30,229 nt of DNA from Deltaproteobacteria bacterium (GTDB lineage Bacteria > Myxococcota_A > UBA9160 > SMWR01). Shown one piece after another: positions 7,790 to 17,629 of the stretch. The stretch lies in NCBI GenBank assembly GCA_032128115.1, contig JAQBHB010000067.1:1-30229 (forward strand), read 5' to 3'. The notes under the pieces were generated by a model. It made no database searches. It saw only the letters and a program-made list of their open reading frames with translations, and was not told the origin of the DNA. Position numbers and translations under genes: made by a program. How positions within the stretch are numbered: position 1 is the stretch's first letter; the number at the start of each line of letters is the position of its first letter.

Positions 7790-9927
7790 ACTCGAAAGCG
7801 GCGCAGTCGCAAGCTGTTGGCGACGACCGAGAGACTGGAGAGCGCCATGGCGCCGGCGGCGATCATGGGATCCAGATATCCCAGGGCCGCCAACGGGATC
7901 GCGGCGGCGTTGTAGCCGAAGGCCCAGAACAGGTTCTGCACGATCGTCCGGAACGTGCGTCGCGCCAGCGCCAGCGCCACGCCCACCAGCCGCGGGTCGC
8001 CCGACACCAGCACCACGCCGCCAGCCTCGATGGCCACGTCGGTGCCGGATCCCACCGCCATGCCCAGATCGGCGCGGGTCAGTGCCGGGGCATCGTTGAT
8101 GCCGTCTCCCACGAAGGCGACCCGGTGCCCCGACGCCTGCAGGTCGGCCACCGCACTGGCCTTGTCGGCGGGCAGCACCTCGGCCATCACGCGGTCGATT
8201 CCCAGCTGCGCCGCCACCGCCGAAGCCGTGCGCTGGTTGTCGCCGGTGATCATCACCACGCCGATGTCCGCGGCGCGAAGGGACGCAACGGCCGCCCGGG
8301 CCCCCGCGCGCGGGGTGTCGGCCACGGCCACCAGTCCGCGTGCGCGTCCACCCCAGGCCCCGACGAAGGCCGTGCGCCCCACGGCCTCGAGCTCTTCCAG
8401 CCGATCGCGCAGGCTCGCGGGCAGGTCCACGCCGAGCTCCTGCATCCAGCGCTGCGTGCCCACGCTGACGCTGACGTCGGAAACGCGCCCCTGAACGCCG
8501 CGGCCGGCCAGGCTCTCGAATTCGCGAACCGTTTCCAGTGGCGCGCCGCGTTCGCGTGCGCCCGCCACCACGGCCGTGGCGATCGGGTGTTCGCTACCCG
8601 CCTCGACGGCCGCGACCCGGCTCAGGAAGTCGTCGTCGTCGCTCACCACGTCCGTCAGCGACATCTCGCCACGGGTGAGGGTTCCCGTCTTGTCGAAGAC
8701 CACCGTATCCACCCGGCGCGATCGCTCGAAGACCTCGGCGTTCTTGAACAGCACGCCCAGTTCGGCGCCGCGTCCGCTGCCCACCAGGATGGCCGTAGGC
8801 GTCGCGAGGCCGAGTGCGCAGGGGCAGGCGATCACCAGCACTGCCACCGCGTTGCCGAGTGCCGCGTTGGCGTCGGCGCCCATCGCGAACCACACCAGGC
8901 CCGTGACCAGCGCGACGGCCAGCACCGCGGGCACGAATACCGAGGCCACCCGATCGGCGAGTTTCTGGATGGGCGCCTTCGATGCCTGGGCCTCTTCCAC
9001 CAGGCGGATGATCCCGGCCAACGCGGTGTCGCGGCCGACCCGCGTGGCCCGCGCCAGCACGAAGCCCTGACGGTTGAGCGACGCGCCGAACAGGACGTCC
9101 CCCGGCCCCTTGTCCACCGGAAGCGATTCGCCCGTGAAGGCGCTCTCGTCGAAGGCCGAGCGGCCCTCCAGGATCACCGCGTCGGTGGCGACCTTCTCCC
9201 CCGGGCGGATGGCCAGGTGATCGCCCACCTGCACGGCGTGAAGGGCGGTCTGCACCTCGCGGCCGTCTCGGACCACGTTGGCGTGGGACGGACGCAGCGC
9301 GGCGAGACGCGTCACTGCACTGGAAGCGCGTCCGCGGGCCCGGTCTTCCAGGTAGCGGCCGATCAGGATCAGGGTCACGATCACCGCCGCCGTCTCGAAG
9401 TAGAGAGGACCGCCGGTGAAGACCGCCGCCAGCGAGGTGGCGTAGGCCGCGGTGGTGCCCACGGAGATCAGGGTGTCCATGTTGGCGTCCAGGTGACGCG
9501 CCCGCGCCCACGCGCCCCGGTGGAAGGACACCCCGAGTCCGAACACCACGACCGTGGTGAGCAGTGCCTGGGCAATCCGACTCGTCGGCGAGTCGATGCC
9601 CAACATGGCGAGTGCGAAGACCGGTGCTGTCAGCAGCGCTGCCAGCGCGGGGCGCCGGCGATCGGCCGCCGGATCGGCAGCGGGCGCGGATTCGCTTCGC
9701 GACTCGAGTCCGTAGCCCGCATCGGCAAGTGCCGCGGCCAGGGCCGGGAGGTCGTTGGCGCCCTCGACGCGCGCATCGCCGGTGGCGAAGTTCACGCTGG
9801 CATCGGCAACGCCGGGCTGGTCGCGCAGCACCTGTTCGACCCGCGTGGCGCACGAGGCGCAGCGCATGCCCGTGACCCGGAAGTGCAGCGCCGGAGCCGG
9901 GAGGTCCGGGCTCGGGGCCGCGCTCAC
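7786..9927 (-). CDS. copA: Copper-translocating P1B-type ATPase
   Basis: HMA motif GMRCASC, TGES, CPC, DKTGT, SEHP, GDGINDAP, and the YN and MALSS signature of Cu(I) pumps. Confidence 0.95.
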   Translation of the reverse strand: MSAAPSPDLPAPALHFRVTGMRCASCATRVEQVLRDQPGVADASVNFATGDARVEGANDLPALAAALADAGYGLESRSESAPAADPAADRRRPALAALLTAPVFALAMLGIDSPTSRIAQALLTTVVVFGLGVSFHRGAWARARHLDANMDTLISVGTTAAYATSLAAVFTGGPLYFETAAVIVTLILIGRYLEDRARGRASSAVTRLAALRPSHANVVRDGREVQTALHAVQVGDHLAIRPGEKVATDAVILEGRSAFDESAFTGESLPVDKGPGDVLFGASLNRQGFVLARATRVGRDTALAGIIRLVEEAQASKAPIQKLADRVASVFVPAVLAVALVTGLVWFAMGADANAALGNAVAVLVIACPCALGLATPTAILVGSGRGAELGVLFKNAEVFERSRRVDTVVFDKTGTLTRGEMSLTDVVSDDDDFLSRVAAVEAGSEHPIATAVVAGARERGAPLETVREFESLAGRGVQGRVSDVSVSVGTQRWMQELGVDLPASLRDRLEELEAVGRTAFVGAWGGRARGLVAVADTPRAGARAAVASLRAADIGVVMITGDNQRTASAVAAQLGIDRVMAEVLPADKASAVADLQASGHRVAFVGDGINDAPALTRADLGMAVGSGTDVAIEAGGVVLVSGDPRLVGVALALARRTFRTIVQNLFWAFGYNAAAIPLAALGYLDPMIAAGAMALSSLSVVANSLRLRRFRV

Positions 9928-10232
9928 GACGCCGGTTCGGTGTCGGAGGGCGGGGCGGCGCCGGTGACGGCGCCCGTGTAGCGCAGCGTCTCCATCAACT
10001 CCTCGATGATCTGGTCGCCGCGCTCCTCAGCGATGGCGCGCGGCACGCACGTCTCCAGGTGGTTCTGCAGCAGAACCCGGTTCACCCGCTCGAGGGAGCC
10101 CTGCAGCGCCGAGAGCTGCTTCATGATCTGGGGGCAGTAGCGCTCCTCGTCTACCATGGCGATCACGGCGTCCATGTGGCCGCGGACGGTCTTCAGGCGG
10201 TTGAGGGCGCTCTGCTTGTGTTTGGGCTTCAT
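9924..10232 (-). CDS. csoR: CsoR-family copper-sensing repressor
   Basis: RLKTVRGH, RYC...HLETC (Cys-His-Cys). AGGAG RBS before ATG 10232. GTGA overlap with copA. Confidence 0.92.
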   Translation of the reverse strand: MKPKHKQSALNRLKTVRGHMDAVIAMVDEERYCPQIMKQLSALQGSLERVNRVLLQNHLETCVPRAIAEERGDQIIEELMETLRYTGAVTGAAPPSDTEPAS

Positions 10233-10253
10233 GAAGACTCCTGTGTTTCCAAC

Positions 10254-10283
10254 GTGATACCACCCCACCTGGGGTGGGGTCAA
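10254..10283 (-). promoter_or_regulatory. csoR-copA promoter with a putative CsoR operator
   Basis: TTGACC-N18-TATCAC with a TG extension. The C/G-tract palindrome ACCCCAC-N5-GTGGGGT (10262-10280) overlaps the spacer and -35. Confidence 0.7.
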
Positions 10284-10312
10284 GCCTCTGGATTCGGGTA
10301 TGTTCTCCCGCC

Positions 10313-10876
10313 GTGTCCCGCCCCACCGAATTCATCCTGATCCGCCACGGCCAGTCGCTCTGGAACGCAAACGGTCGCTGGCAGGGCCATGGCGATCCGT
10401 CGCTGTCTGACAAGGGCCGGCGCCAGGTGGCCGATCTCGGCCGGGCACTCGCGTCCGAGGGCATCCAGCACGTGATCAGCAGCGACCTGCTGCGGGCCAT
10501 CGAGACCGCGTCGATCCTGGCGGAGGTCTGGGGCCTGGCCCCGTCGCGCGACCCGCGATTCCGGGAACTCGACGTGGGGGTCTGGACCGGCCTGACCCGG
10601 GCAGAGATCGAGGAGCGCGAGGGCGACGCGCTGGTTCGCTTCGACCGACGCGAGCCGGACCTCCTGGCGGGCGGAGCCGAGAGTCGCCGTCAGCTGCGTC
10701 TGCGGGTGCGGGCGGCTGCCGCGGAGATCGCGGCGCGTCATCCGGGCGAGCGGGTGGCCCTGGTGACACACCTGGGCGTGGTGAGGGCCCTGGTGCCCGG
10801 GACGGATCTGGACAACGCCCAATGGTGCCGGGTCCCAGCCCACGAACTGGCGACCGTGGAGCAGGCGAAGGTCTAG
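10313..10876 (+). CDS. Histidine phosphatase family protein (PGM/CobC-like)
   Basis: IRHGQS, SSDLLRA, RELDVGVWTG, AES, LVTHLG. Likely GTG start at 10313. Confidence 0.9.
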   Translation: MSRPTEFILIRHGQSLWNANGRWQGHGDPSLSDKGRRQVADLGRALASEGIQHVISSDLLRAIETASILAEVWGLAPSRDPRFRELDVGVWTGLTRAEIEEREGDALVRFDRREPDLLAGGAESRRQLRLRVRAAAAEIAARHPGERVALVTHLGVVRALVPGTDLDNAQWCRVPAHELATVEQAKV

Positions 10877-12534
10877 CCGTTGGTCCGACGGGGATGGCGC
10901 AGTAGGCTCACGCCTTCCAGGATGACCCACGCGTCGAGCGCCAGGATCAGGCTGCCCAGCCCCACCAGCAGCCAGCGGCCGTCTGCGAAGTAGCCACGCA
11001 GCTCGCCCAGCATGGCGATGACCGTGGCGGCACCCACGAAGACCATGGGCACCAGGGTGTACACCACGGGCCGGCCCAGCCGCCGCAGCCATACCGAGAC
11101 CACCAGCAGTGTGATCGCAGCGACCAGCTGGTTGGTGGTCCCGAACAGGGGCCACAGGATCAGGCCGCCCTTGCCGCCGGCCTGGGTGATTGCCAGCAGC
11201 AGCGCGGCGCCGATCCCCAGGGCACCCGCGGCGTAGCGGTTGGTGAGGGCGCGCACGCCATAGGCGTCGGCCAACTCCGCGATGACCAGGCGCTGGATGC
11301 GCGCGCCGGTGTCGAGCGATGTGGCGGCGAAGGCGATCACCACCACGGCCATGAACGTCCGGCTGGTGGCCTCGGGAATCCCGAGCGACGCCACGAAGCG
11401 TCCGCCCCCTGACACGAACGCATCGAGCTTCGGTCCCAGCCCCGATGCAGCGCCCCAGCTGGCGTAGTGGCCCCACCAGTCGGCGCTGGAGGCGAAGCCC
11501 GCCGTAGCAGCAAGCACTGCCAGCAGGCCGAGCGCTCCCTCGCCCAGCATGCCGCCGTAGCCAATGGGCCGGGCGTCGGTCATGCAGGCGATCTGCTTCG
11601 AGGTGGTGCCGGACGACACCAGTCCGTGGAACCCGGAGATGGCGCCGCAGGCGATGGTGATGAACAGGAACGGCAGCATGGGCGGCGCCCCCTCGGGCGA
11701 GGGGTTCAGCATCGGAGCCTGGATCGTCGGGTGCAGCACAAGCAGCCCCAACGTCAGCAATGCCAACGCCGTGATCAGCTGGTGCGAGTTCAGGTAGTCG
11801 CGGGGCTGGAGCAGCAGCCACACCGGCAGCACCGACGCGACGAACGAGTAGATCAGCAGGATCCACACCCAGGCCAGGACGGAGATCGAGGCCACCGCCG
11901 GGAACGAGGCTGCGAACGCGTCGCCGTAGAAGATGGCCGCGACCAGGAGCACGTAGCCCACGATCGAGGGCACGAACACGCTGGCCCCCCGGCGGAACAC
12001 CCCCCAGCCCAGGGCCAGGGCCACCACGATCTGCACGTTGATGGGAAAGATGGCGCCCGGGTTGTCCACGAACAGGGTGCCGATGATGAAGGCGAAGACT
12101 GCCAACACGATCCAGATCAGCACCGAGATGATCACCAGGAACAACGTGCGCGCGCGCGGGCCGATCACCGTGCCCGCGATCTCGCCGATGGAGTGGCCCT
12201 TGTGGCGCAGGCTGATCACCAGGGCGGCGAAGTCGTGCACCGCGCCCATGAATATCGTTCCCAGCACGACCCACAGCAGGGCCGGCAGCCAGCCCCAGAT
12301 CACGGCGATGGCGGGCCCCACGATGGGGGCGGCGCCGGCGATGGACGCGTAGTGGTGCCCCCAGAGCACGCTCTTGCGCGTGGGCACGAAGTCGATGCCG
12401 TCTGCGAATTCGACCGATGGCACCAGCTCGTCTTCGGCCAGTGCGAACAGATGCCGGGAGAGAAAGCTCGAGTAGAAGCGGTAGCCCAGGGCGAACAGGG
12501 CGAAGACCAGGATCGCGAGGAGAGCCGCGTTCAC
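10873..12534 (-). CDS. cstA: Carbon starvation protein A family (peptide/pyruvate) transporter
   Basis: GHHYASIAGAAPIVGP, GAVHDF, LLQPRDYLN, ITIACGAISGFH, SGTTSKQ, WPLFGTTNQL. Confidence 0.95.
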   Translation of the reverse strand: MNAALLAILVFALFALGYRFYSSFLSRHLFALAEDELVPSVEFADGIDFVPTRKSVLWGHHYASIAGAAPIVGPAIAVIWGWLPALLWVVLGTIFMGAVHDFAALVISLRHKGHSIGEIAGTVIGPRARTLFLVIISVLIWIVLAVFAFIIGTLFVDNPGAIFPINVQIVVALALGWGVFRRGASVFVPSIVGYVLLVAAIFYGDAFAASFPAVASISVLAWVWILLIYSFVASVLPVWLLLQPRDYLNSHQLITALALLTLGLLVLHPTIQAPMLNPSPEGAPPMLPFLFITIACGAISGFHGLVSSGTTSKQIACMTDARPIGYGGMLGEGALGLLAVLAATAGFASSADWWGHYASWGAASGLGPKLDAFVSGGGRFVASLGIPEATSRTFMAVVVIAFAATSLDTGARIQRLVIAELADAYGVRALTNRYAAGALGIGAALLLAITQAGGKGGLILWPLFGTTNQLVAAITLLVVSVWLRRLGRPVVYTLVPMVFVGAATVIAMLGELRGYFADGRWLLVGLGSLILALDAWVILEGVSLLRHPRRTNG

Positions 12535-12544
12535 AGAACTCCGC

Positions 12545-14251
12545 CTAATCGGCTTCCGTGGCTTCGAGGGGTACCGCGCCGCGGCCGCGCAGCACGTTCT
12601 TCAGCAACTTGCCCGACGCGTTGCGGGGCAGCGGCTGGTCGCGGAACTCGACGAACTCGGGAACCTTGAACGACGCCAGGTGCTTGGCCACGTGGCGCCG
12701 CACCGCTTCCGGCGCGAGCTCGGAGCCGGGCACCCGTTTCACGATGGCCTTCACCTTCTCGCCCATCTCCAGGTCCACGACGCCCACGACCGCCGCCTCG
12801 TCGATCTCGGGATGGTCGGCCAGGCAGTTCTCGATCTCGGTGCAGTACACGTTCTCGCCACCGCGAATGATCATGTCCTTGGCGCGGTCCACCACGAAGT
12901 AGAAGCCGTCGGCGTCCCGGTAGCCCAGATCGCCGCTGTGGAGCCAGCCCTCGCGCACGGCTTCGGCGCTGGCCTCCGGCCGCTCCCAGTAACCCGGGGT
13001 GATGGTGGGGCCGTAGAAGAGCACCTCGCCCAACTGGCCGTCGGGCACGTCCGCACCCGACTCGTCCACGATCCTCATTTCCACGAAGGGCAGTGGCCGG
13101 CCCACCGACGTCTTGCGGCCCAGCAGGTCTTTGCCCCCGTTCAGGGTGGCGACCCCGTGGGTCTCCGTGAGCCCGTAGGCGTTCGAGAAGCTGGGTTCGA
13201 TGGGCAGCACCTGGCGGGCTTTCTCGATGGTTTCCGGCGGCGTGGGGGCGCCACCGAACGAGACGGTCTTGAGGCTCGACAGGTCGTAGTCGCCGATCTT
13301 CGGCGAGTGCACCACCCGGTGCAGCAGGGTCGGGATGGCGCCCCACGTGGTGATCTTCTCGTCCTGGATCAGCTGCATCGCCTGCTCCGGATCGAAGCGA
13401 CCCCGCGTGAAGACGATCTTGGCGCCGGCGGACATGCTGGTGCAGAAGCTCGAATGCAGGCCGCCCACGTGGAACAGGGGCGACGACAGCAGCGATGCCG
13501 GCGGGCCGCCCGCGCCTCCCACCGGCGACGAACCGCCCGTGACGGCGCCCACCACCGCGGAGAACAAGATGCCCCCCACCTGGGCGATGGTGCCGCGGTG
13601 GGTGGTGATGCAGCCCTTGGGGCGGCCGGTGGTGCCCGAGGTGTAGAGGATCACGAAGGGATCGTCTTCCTCGAGCGGTCCGTCAGGGGCCGTGTCGCTC
13701 TCGGACAGGATTTCTTCGATGGGAACGGTGCCAGCGGGCGGCGCGTCGCCGATGTAGAAAACGGTCTCCAGGCTCGGGATCTTGCCAAGCAACGGCTCGA
13801 CGCGGGGAAACAGGCGCTCGTCCACCACCACCAGGTAGCGGCTTCCCGAGTCGGAGAGCCCGTATTCGATCTCCTCGGTCGTCCACCAGCCGTTGAGCCC
13901 CACGCCGATGGCGCCGGCCGAGGTGGCGCCGAACAGGGCGATCAACCAATCGGGGCAGTTGTAGGACAGGATCGCCAGGCGGTCGCCGCGGCCGAGGCCG
14001 TGGTCGCGAGTGAGCGCGTCCGCCGCGCCCCACACCCGCCGCATGAATTCGCCGTACGAGATGCGCCGATCGCCGTAGACCAGGAAGTCGGCATCGCCGC
14101 GCAGGCCGCACGCGGCGACCTTCTCGCGCATGGACTTCTCGCGATTCGCGAAGGTGCGAATGCGGCGCCCCTGCAGGGTCTCCTCGCGGATCTCGAACGG
14201 CGCGCCCGGGGCGGTGAGCCCCGCGACGACATCTTCGTAGGTCGCTGCCAT
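12545..14251 (-). CDS. Class I adenylate-forming enzyme, long-chain acyl-CoA synthetase-like
   Basis: YTSGTTGRPKG, YGLTET, GWLHSGDLG, DRAKDMIIRGGENVY, PRNASGK. ATG 14251 follows GGAG. Confidence 0.92.
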   Translation of the reverse strand: MAATYEDVVAGLTAPGAPFEIREETLQGRRIRTFANREKSMREKVAACGLRGDADFLVYGDRRISYGEFMRRVWGAADALTRDHGLGRGDRLAILSYNCPDWLIALFGATSAGAIGVGLNGWWTTEEIEYGLSDSGSRYLVVVDERLFPRVEPLLGKIPSLETVFYIGDAPPAGTVPIEEILSESDTAPDGPLEEDDPFVILYTSGTTGRPKGCITTHRGTIAQVGGILFSAVVGAVTGGSSPVGGAGGPPASLLSSPLFHVGGLHSSFCTSMSAGAKIVFTRGRFDPEQAMQLIQDEKITTWGAIPTLLHRVVHSPKIGDYDLSSLKTVSFGGAPTPPETIEKARQVLPIEPSFSNAYGLTETHGVATLNGGKDLLGRKTSVGRPLPFVEMRIVDESGADVPDGQLGEVLFYGPTITPGYWERPEASAEAVREGWLHSGDLGYRDADGFYFVVDRAKDMIIRGGENVYCTEIENCLADHPEIDEAAVVGVVDLEMGEKVKAIVKRVPGSELAPEAVRRHVAKHLASFKVPEFVEFRDQPLPRNASGKLLKNVLRGRGAVPLEATEAD

Positions 14252-14307
14252 GACGTCTCCCCGGTCCCGGGCGACGCCGGGCGCGCCCATCCTAACCCAG
14301 GCGTCTC

Positions 14308-15945
14308 TCAGGGCGTGTACGAGAGTGGCCCCGCCGGCCCGAGTTCCACGCCGGACAGCATCCAGACCACCAGCATCGCCGTCCAGGTCACCGCGAAGAC
14401 GGCGGTATACGGGAGCATCAGCGCCACCAGGGTGCCCACCCCGGCCCGCGGCATGTAACGCTGCATGAAGACCAGCAGGATCACCACGTAGGGGTTGAGC
14501 GGCGTGATCACATTGCTCACCGAGTCTCCCACCCGGTATGCCACCTGGGTGAGCTCGGGGCTGATCCCCACCTGCATGAACATGGGAACGAAGACCGGCG
14601 CGAAGAAGGCGTACTTGGCCGACATGGAGCCGATGAAGAGGTTGGCCACCAGGACCACGCCGACAAAGCCCACCATGAGCAGGGCCGAGGGCAGTGCGGC
14701 CCGGGCCAGGGCCTGTCCCCCCGCCAACGCCAGCATCTCCCCGAGACCCGAGTGCGCGAAGTAGGCGATGAACTGGGCCGCGAAGAACGCCATCACGAGA
14801 TAGGGGCCCATGCCCGCCATCACCTGGCCCATGGCGCCCGCCACGTCCTTGTCGCTGCGGAAGACGCCGGTGATCACGCCGTATACGACACCGGGCACCA
14901 GGAATCCCAGGAAGATCAGGGGCACGATCACGCGCACCCAGCGCGGAAACGGCGGGTCCAGGCCGTGAAGCGGTGCCCCGGGGATCCAGGTGGACGCGGC
15001 GAAGACCGCCAGCGTGGCCACTGCGGCGACGCCCGCCCACCGCAGCGCGCGCTTCTCGTCCGCCGTGAACTGCTTGGCGTCCAGTTCTTCCGCAGAGCGC
15101 GGTACCGGGCCGCCGTCCTCGGGGGCCTTGTGGGCGAAGCGCGGCTCCACCCACCAGGCGGTGACGGCCCAGCCCACGGCCGTGAGCAGGAAGGTAGAGG
15201 CGATCATGAACCACCAGTTGGCGGTGGCGGCCACGGCGTAGCCCGGGTCGATCAGGTGCGCGCCCGTCGTCGAGAACTCGGCGAGCATGGGATCCAGACT
15301 GGTGAGGAACAGGTTGGCGCTGAAGCCGGCGGAGACCCCGGCAAAGACGGCGCCGATTCCCACCAGGGGAGATCGGCCCACGGCCGTGTACAGGGCGGCC
15401 GCCACGGGCGGCAGCACCACGTAGCCGGCATCGAGCCCCATGGAGGACATGACTCCCACGAAGAAGATCGTCGGCGTGAGCAGTGTGGACGGCACCGCCA
15501 GCAGCAGGGCCTTGAGCAGGGCGCCGATGAAGCCGCTGCGCTCGGCGATCCCGATCCCGAGCATGCCCACGAGCACGACTCCCAATGGGGGAAAGGCCGT
15601 GAAGTTGCTCACCATGCTCTCGAGCGCCCAATAGAGGCCGTCGGCCGAGAGCAGGCCCGTCGCGCGCACGGGCTTGCGCACCAGTTCGCGCAGGGGCTCG
15701 CCGGTATCCGGGTCGATCACCGCGCGTGTGAGGGGCTCGCCGGTTCCGGGATCGACCAGGGGTTCGCCCGCGGCGTCGAGCACCACCTGGCGCACGGGCA
15801 GCGAGACGGTTTTCTCCAGCGTCCACTGGTAATGGGCCGCCACCTGCGACAGCGCCAGCACCGCCACGGCACCCAGCAGGAACAGGGTCGCCGGATCCGG
15901 CAGCGCGTTGCCCACGCGCTCGATTCGATCCAGCAGTCCGGTCAC
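14308..15945 (-). CDS. abgT: AbgT-family transporter (start could be ATG 15987)
   Basis: LDRIERVGNALPDP, FPPLGVVL, AGVSAGFSAN, NLFIGSMSAK, YRVGDSVSNVITP. Confidence 0.92.
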   Translation of the reverse strand: MTGLLDRIERVGNALPDPATLFLLGAVAVLALSQVAAHYQWTLEKTVSLPVRQVVLDAAGEPLVDPGTGEPLTRAVIDPDTGEPLRELVRKPVRATGLLSADGLYWALESMVSNFTAFPPLGVVLVGMLGIGIAERSGFIGALLKALLLAVPSTLLTPTIFFVGVMSSMGLDAGYVVLPPVAAALYTAVGRSPLVGIGAVFAGVSAGFSANLFLTSLDPMLAEFSTTGAHLIDPGYAVAATANWWFMIASTFLLTAVGWAVTAWWVEPRFAHKAPEDGGPVPRSAEELDAKQFTADEKRALRWAGVAAVATLAVFAASTWIPGAPLHGLDPPFPRWVRVIVPLIFLGFLVPGVVYGVITGVFRSDKDVAGAMGQVMAGMGPYLVMAFFAAQFIAYFAHSGLGEMLALAGGQALARAALPSALLMVGFVGVVLVANLFIGSMSAKYAFFAPVFVPMFMQVGISPELTQVAYRVGDSVSNVITPLNPYVVILLVFMQRYMPRAGVGTLVALMLPYTAVFAVTWTAMLVVWMLSGVELGPAGPLSYTP

Positions 15946-16057
15946 GCCTCGCTCGGCCAAGCTCCCCCCCGGCGTCCCGCGCAGCATAGCCTCCCGGAGA
16001 ACGGACCTCCGCGGCACCGGGCCTGCGCTTCGCGCATACTGGCGGGCGGGGGGTTCG

Positions 16058-17629
16058 GTGGAGTCTGCAGGAAGCGGGGGAACTCGCGGGGGGCGCGTCG
16101 CCTGGGTGGCGGCGCTGCTGGCGGCCAGCGTGCTCGCCTCGCGTCTGTTGGGCCTGGTACGCGACCGCGTGCTGGCGCACCAGGTTGGCAACAACTGGGA
16201 GACCGACGCCTACGGCGCCGCCTTCCTGATCCCTGACATCTTGAACTATTTCCTGGCGGGGGGCGCACTCTCGATCGCGTTCATTCCGCTCTACACCCGC
16301 GTGCGCAACACCTCGGGTGCCGACGCGGCGCAGGCGCTGTTCGCGAAGGTGCTGGGCACCATGACCGTGCTGGCCGTGGTGTCGACCGTGGTGCTGTGGA
16401 TCGGAGCCGAGTCGCTGGTGGCGTGGATGTTTCCGAAGTTCGCAGCGCAGACCCAGACCCTCACGGTGGAGTTGACGCGCATCGTGTTGCCCGCCCAGAT
16501 TTTTTTCGTGGCGGGCGGCATCGTGCGGGCGGCGCTGATGGCCGAGGGGCGCTTCGCGAGCCAGGCCCTGGCGCCGGTGCTCTACAACCTGGGGATCATC
16601 AGCGGTGGCGCGCTGGCTGGAGCCAGCCTGGGAGCCAAGGGCTTCGCCTGGGGCGCGCTCGTCGGCGCCGTGGTGGGACCGTTCGCGGTGCCCGTGTTCG
16701 AACTGCTGCGACGCACGACGATCTCCCTGCAATTCCGCTTCGCACTCTTCGATCGTGACCTGCTGCGCTACCTGGCATTGGCGGCGCCCCTGATGCTGGG
16801 CGTCACCCTGCTCACGGTGGACGAGTGGTACGACAAGGTCTTCGGCGCCCGTCTGGGCGAGGCCACCCTGGCCTCCTTGGGCTACGCCCGGCGCCTGATG
16901 CAGGTTCCCGTGGCGGTGGTGGGGCAGGCCATCGCCACTGCGGCTCTGCCCACGCTGACGAATCTCTGGACCCGGGGGCGCCGCGAAGAGCTCGATCGCA
17001 TGCTGCTCGACACCCTGCGCGCGGGCCTTGCGCTCTCCCTGTTCGGCGCGGTGGGGGCCTACGTCTTTGCGGGCCCGCTGGTAGCGCTCGTGTATGAGAC
17101 GGGACGCTTCACCGCCGACGACAGCCAGCGCGTGGCGACCCTGTTGGCGATTTTTGCGTGGGCGGTGCCGGCGTGGTCGCTGCAGCAGATCGCGGTGCGT
17201 GCGTTCTACGCGCGCAGCGACATGTGGCGCCCCATGCTGCTGGGAAGCGCCATCGCGCTGGCGGCCCTCCCGCTCTACGTCGTGTTGGGCGGTCGCCACG
17301 GCGGCGTGGGCATCGCGTTGGCCGGCGTGATCGGCATGAGCGTGAACGCGCTGGCCACCCTGGGGCTGGCGCGGGCGCTCCACGGGGGGCCGTCGCTCCT
17401 CGCCCTGGCGGGAACCGGGTTGCGTGCCGCCGCGCTCGCGATCGCCGCCGGAGGGGCGGGCGAAGGGGTACGGCGTTTCCTCGACGGCAACCTCGAGCAG
17501 CTGCTCGCGGGCGCCGCGGCGTATGCGGTGGTGGCGCTGACGGGAGTCTCCCTGCTGGGCGACGAGCCCATGCGCAATGCCATCGGTCGCATCTTCCGGC
17601 GCCTGGGCGGAACGCGAACGGGCGGGTGA
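16058..17629 (+). CDS. murJ: Lipid II flippase MurJ (MviN)
   Basis: SRLLGLVRD, DAYGAAFLIPD, GGALSIAFIP, YARRLMQVP, RAFYAR. Start estimated at GTG 16058. Confidence 0.92.
   Translation: MESAGSGGTRGGRVAWVAALLAASVLASRLLGLVRDRVLAHQVGNNWETDAYGAAFLIPDILNYFLAGGALSIAFIPLYTRVRNTSGADAAQALFAKVLGTMTVLAVVSTVVLWIGAESLVAWMFPKFAAQTQTLTVELTRIVLPAQIFFVAGGIVRAALMAEGRFASQALAPVLYNLGIISGGALAGASLGAKGFAWGALVGAVVGPFAVPVFELLRRTTISLQFRFALFDRDLLRYLALAAPLMLGVTLLTVDEWYDKVFGARLGEATLASLGYARRLMQVPVAVVGQAIATAALPTLTNLWTRGRREELDRMLLDTLRAGLALSLFGAVGAYVFAGPLVALVYETGRFTADDSQRVATLLAIFAWAVPAWSLQQIAVRAFYARSDMWRPMLLGSAIALAALPLYVVLGGRHGGVGIALAGVIGMSVNALATLGLARALHGGPSLLALAGTGLRAAALAIAAGGAGEGVRRFLDGNLEQLLAGAAAYAVVALTGVSLLGDEPMRNAIGRIFRRLGGTRTGG

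Noticed and set aside
157..9981. Long shadow ORFs such as 157..2541, 2430..4025, 3503..5257 and 7081..9981
   Set aside because: They are antisense or off-frame to well-supported genes, low in complexity and without recognisable motifs.
12989..13015. GTAACC-N17-CGTA antisense within the acyl-CoA ligase gene
   Set aside because: The spacer is 17 rather than 16, the sequence is explained by coding (FYGPTITPGYW), and no gene lies downstream on that strand.
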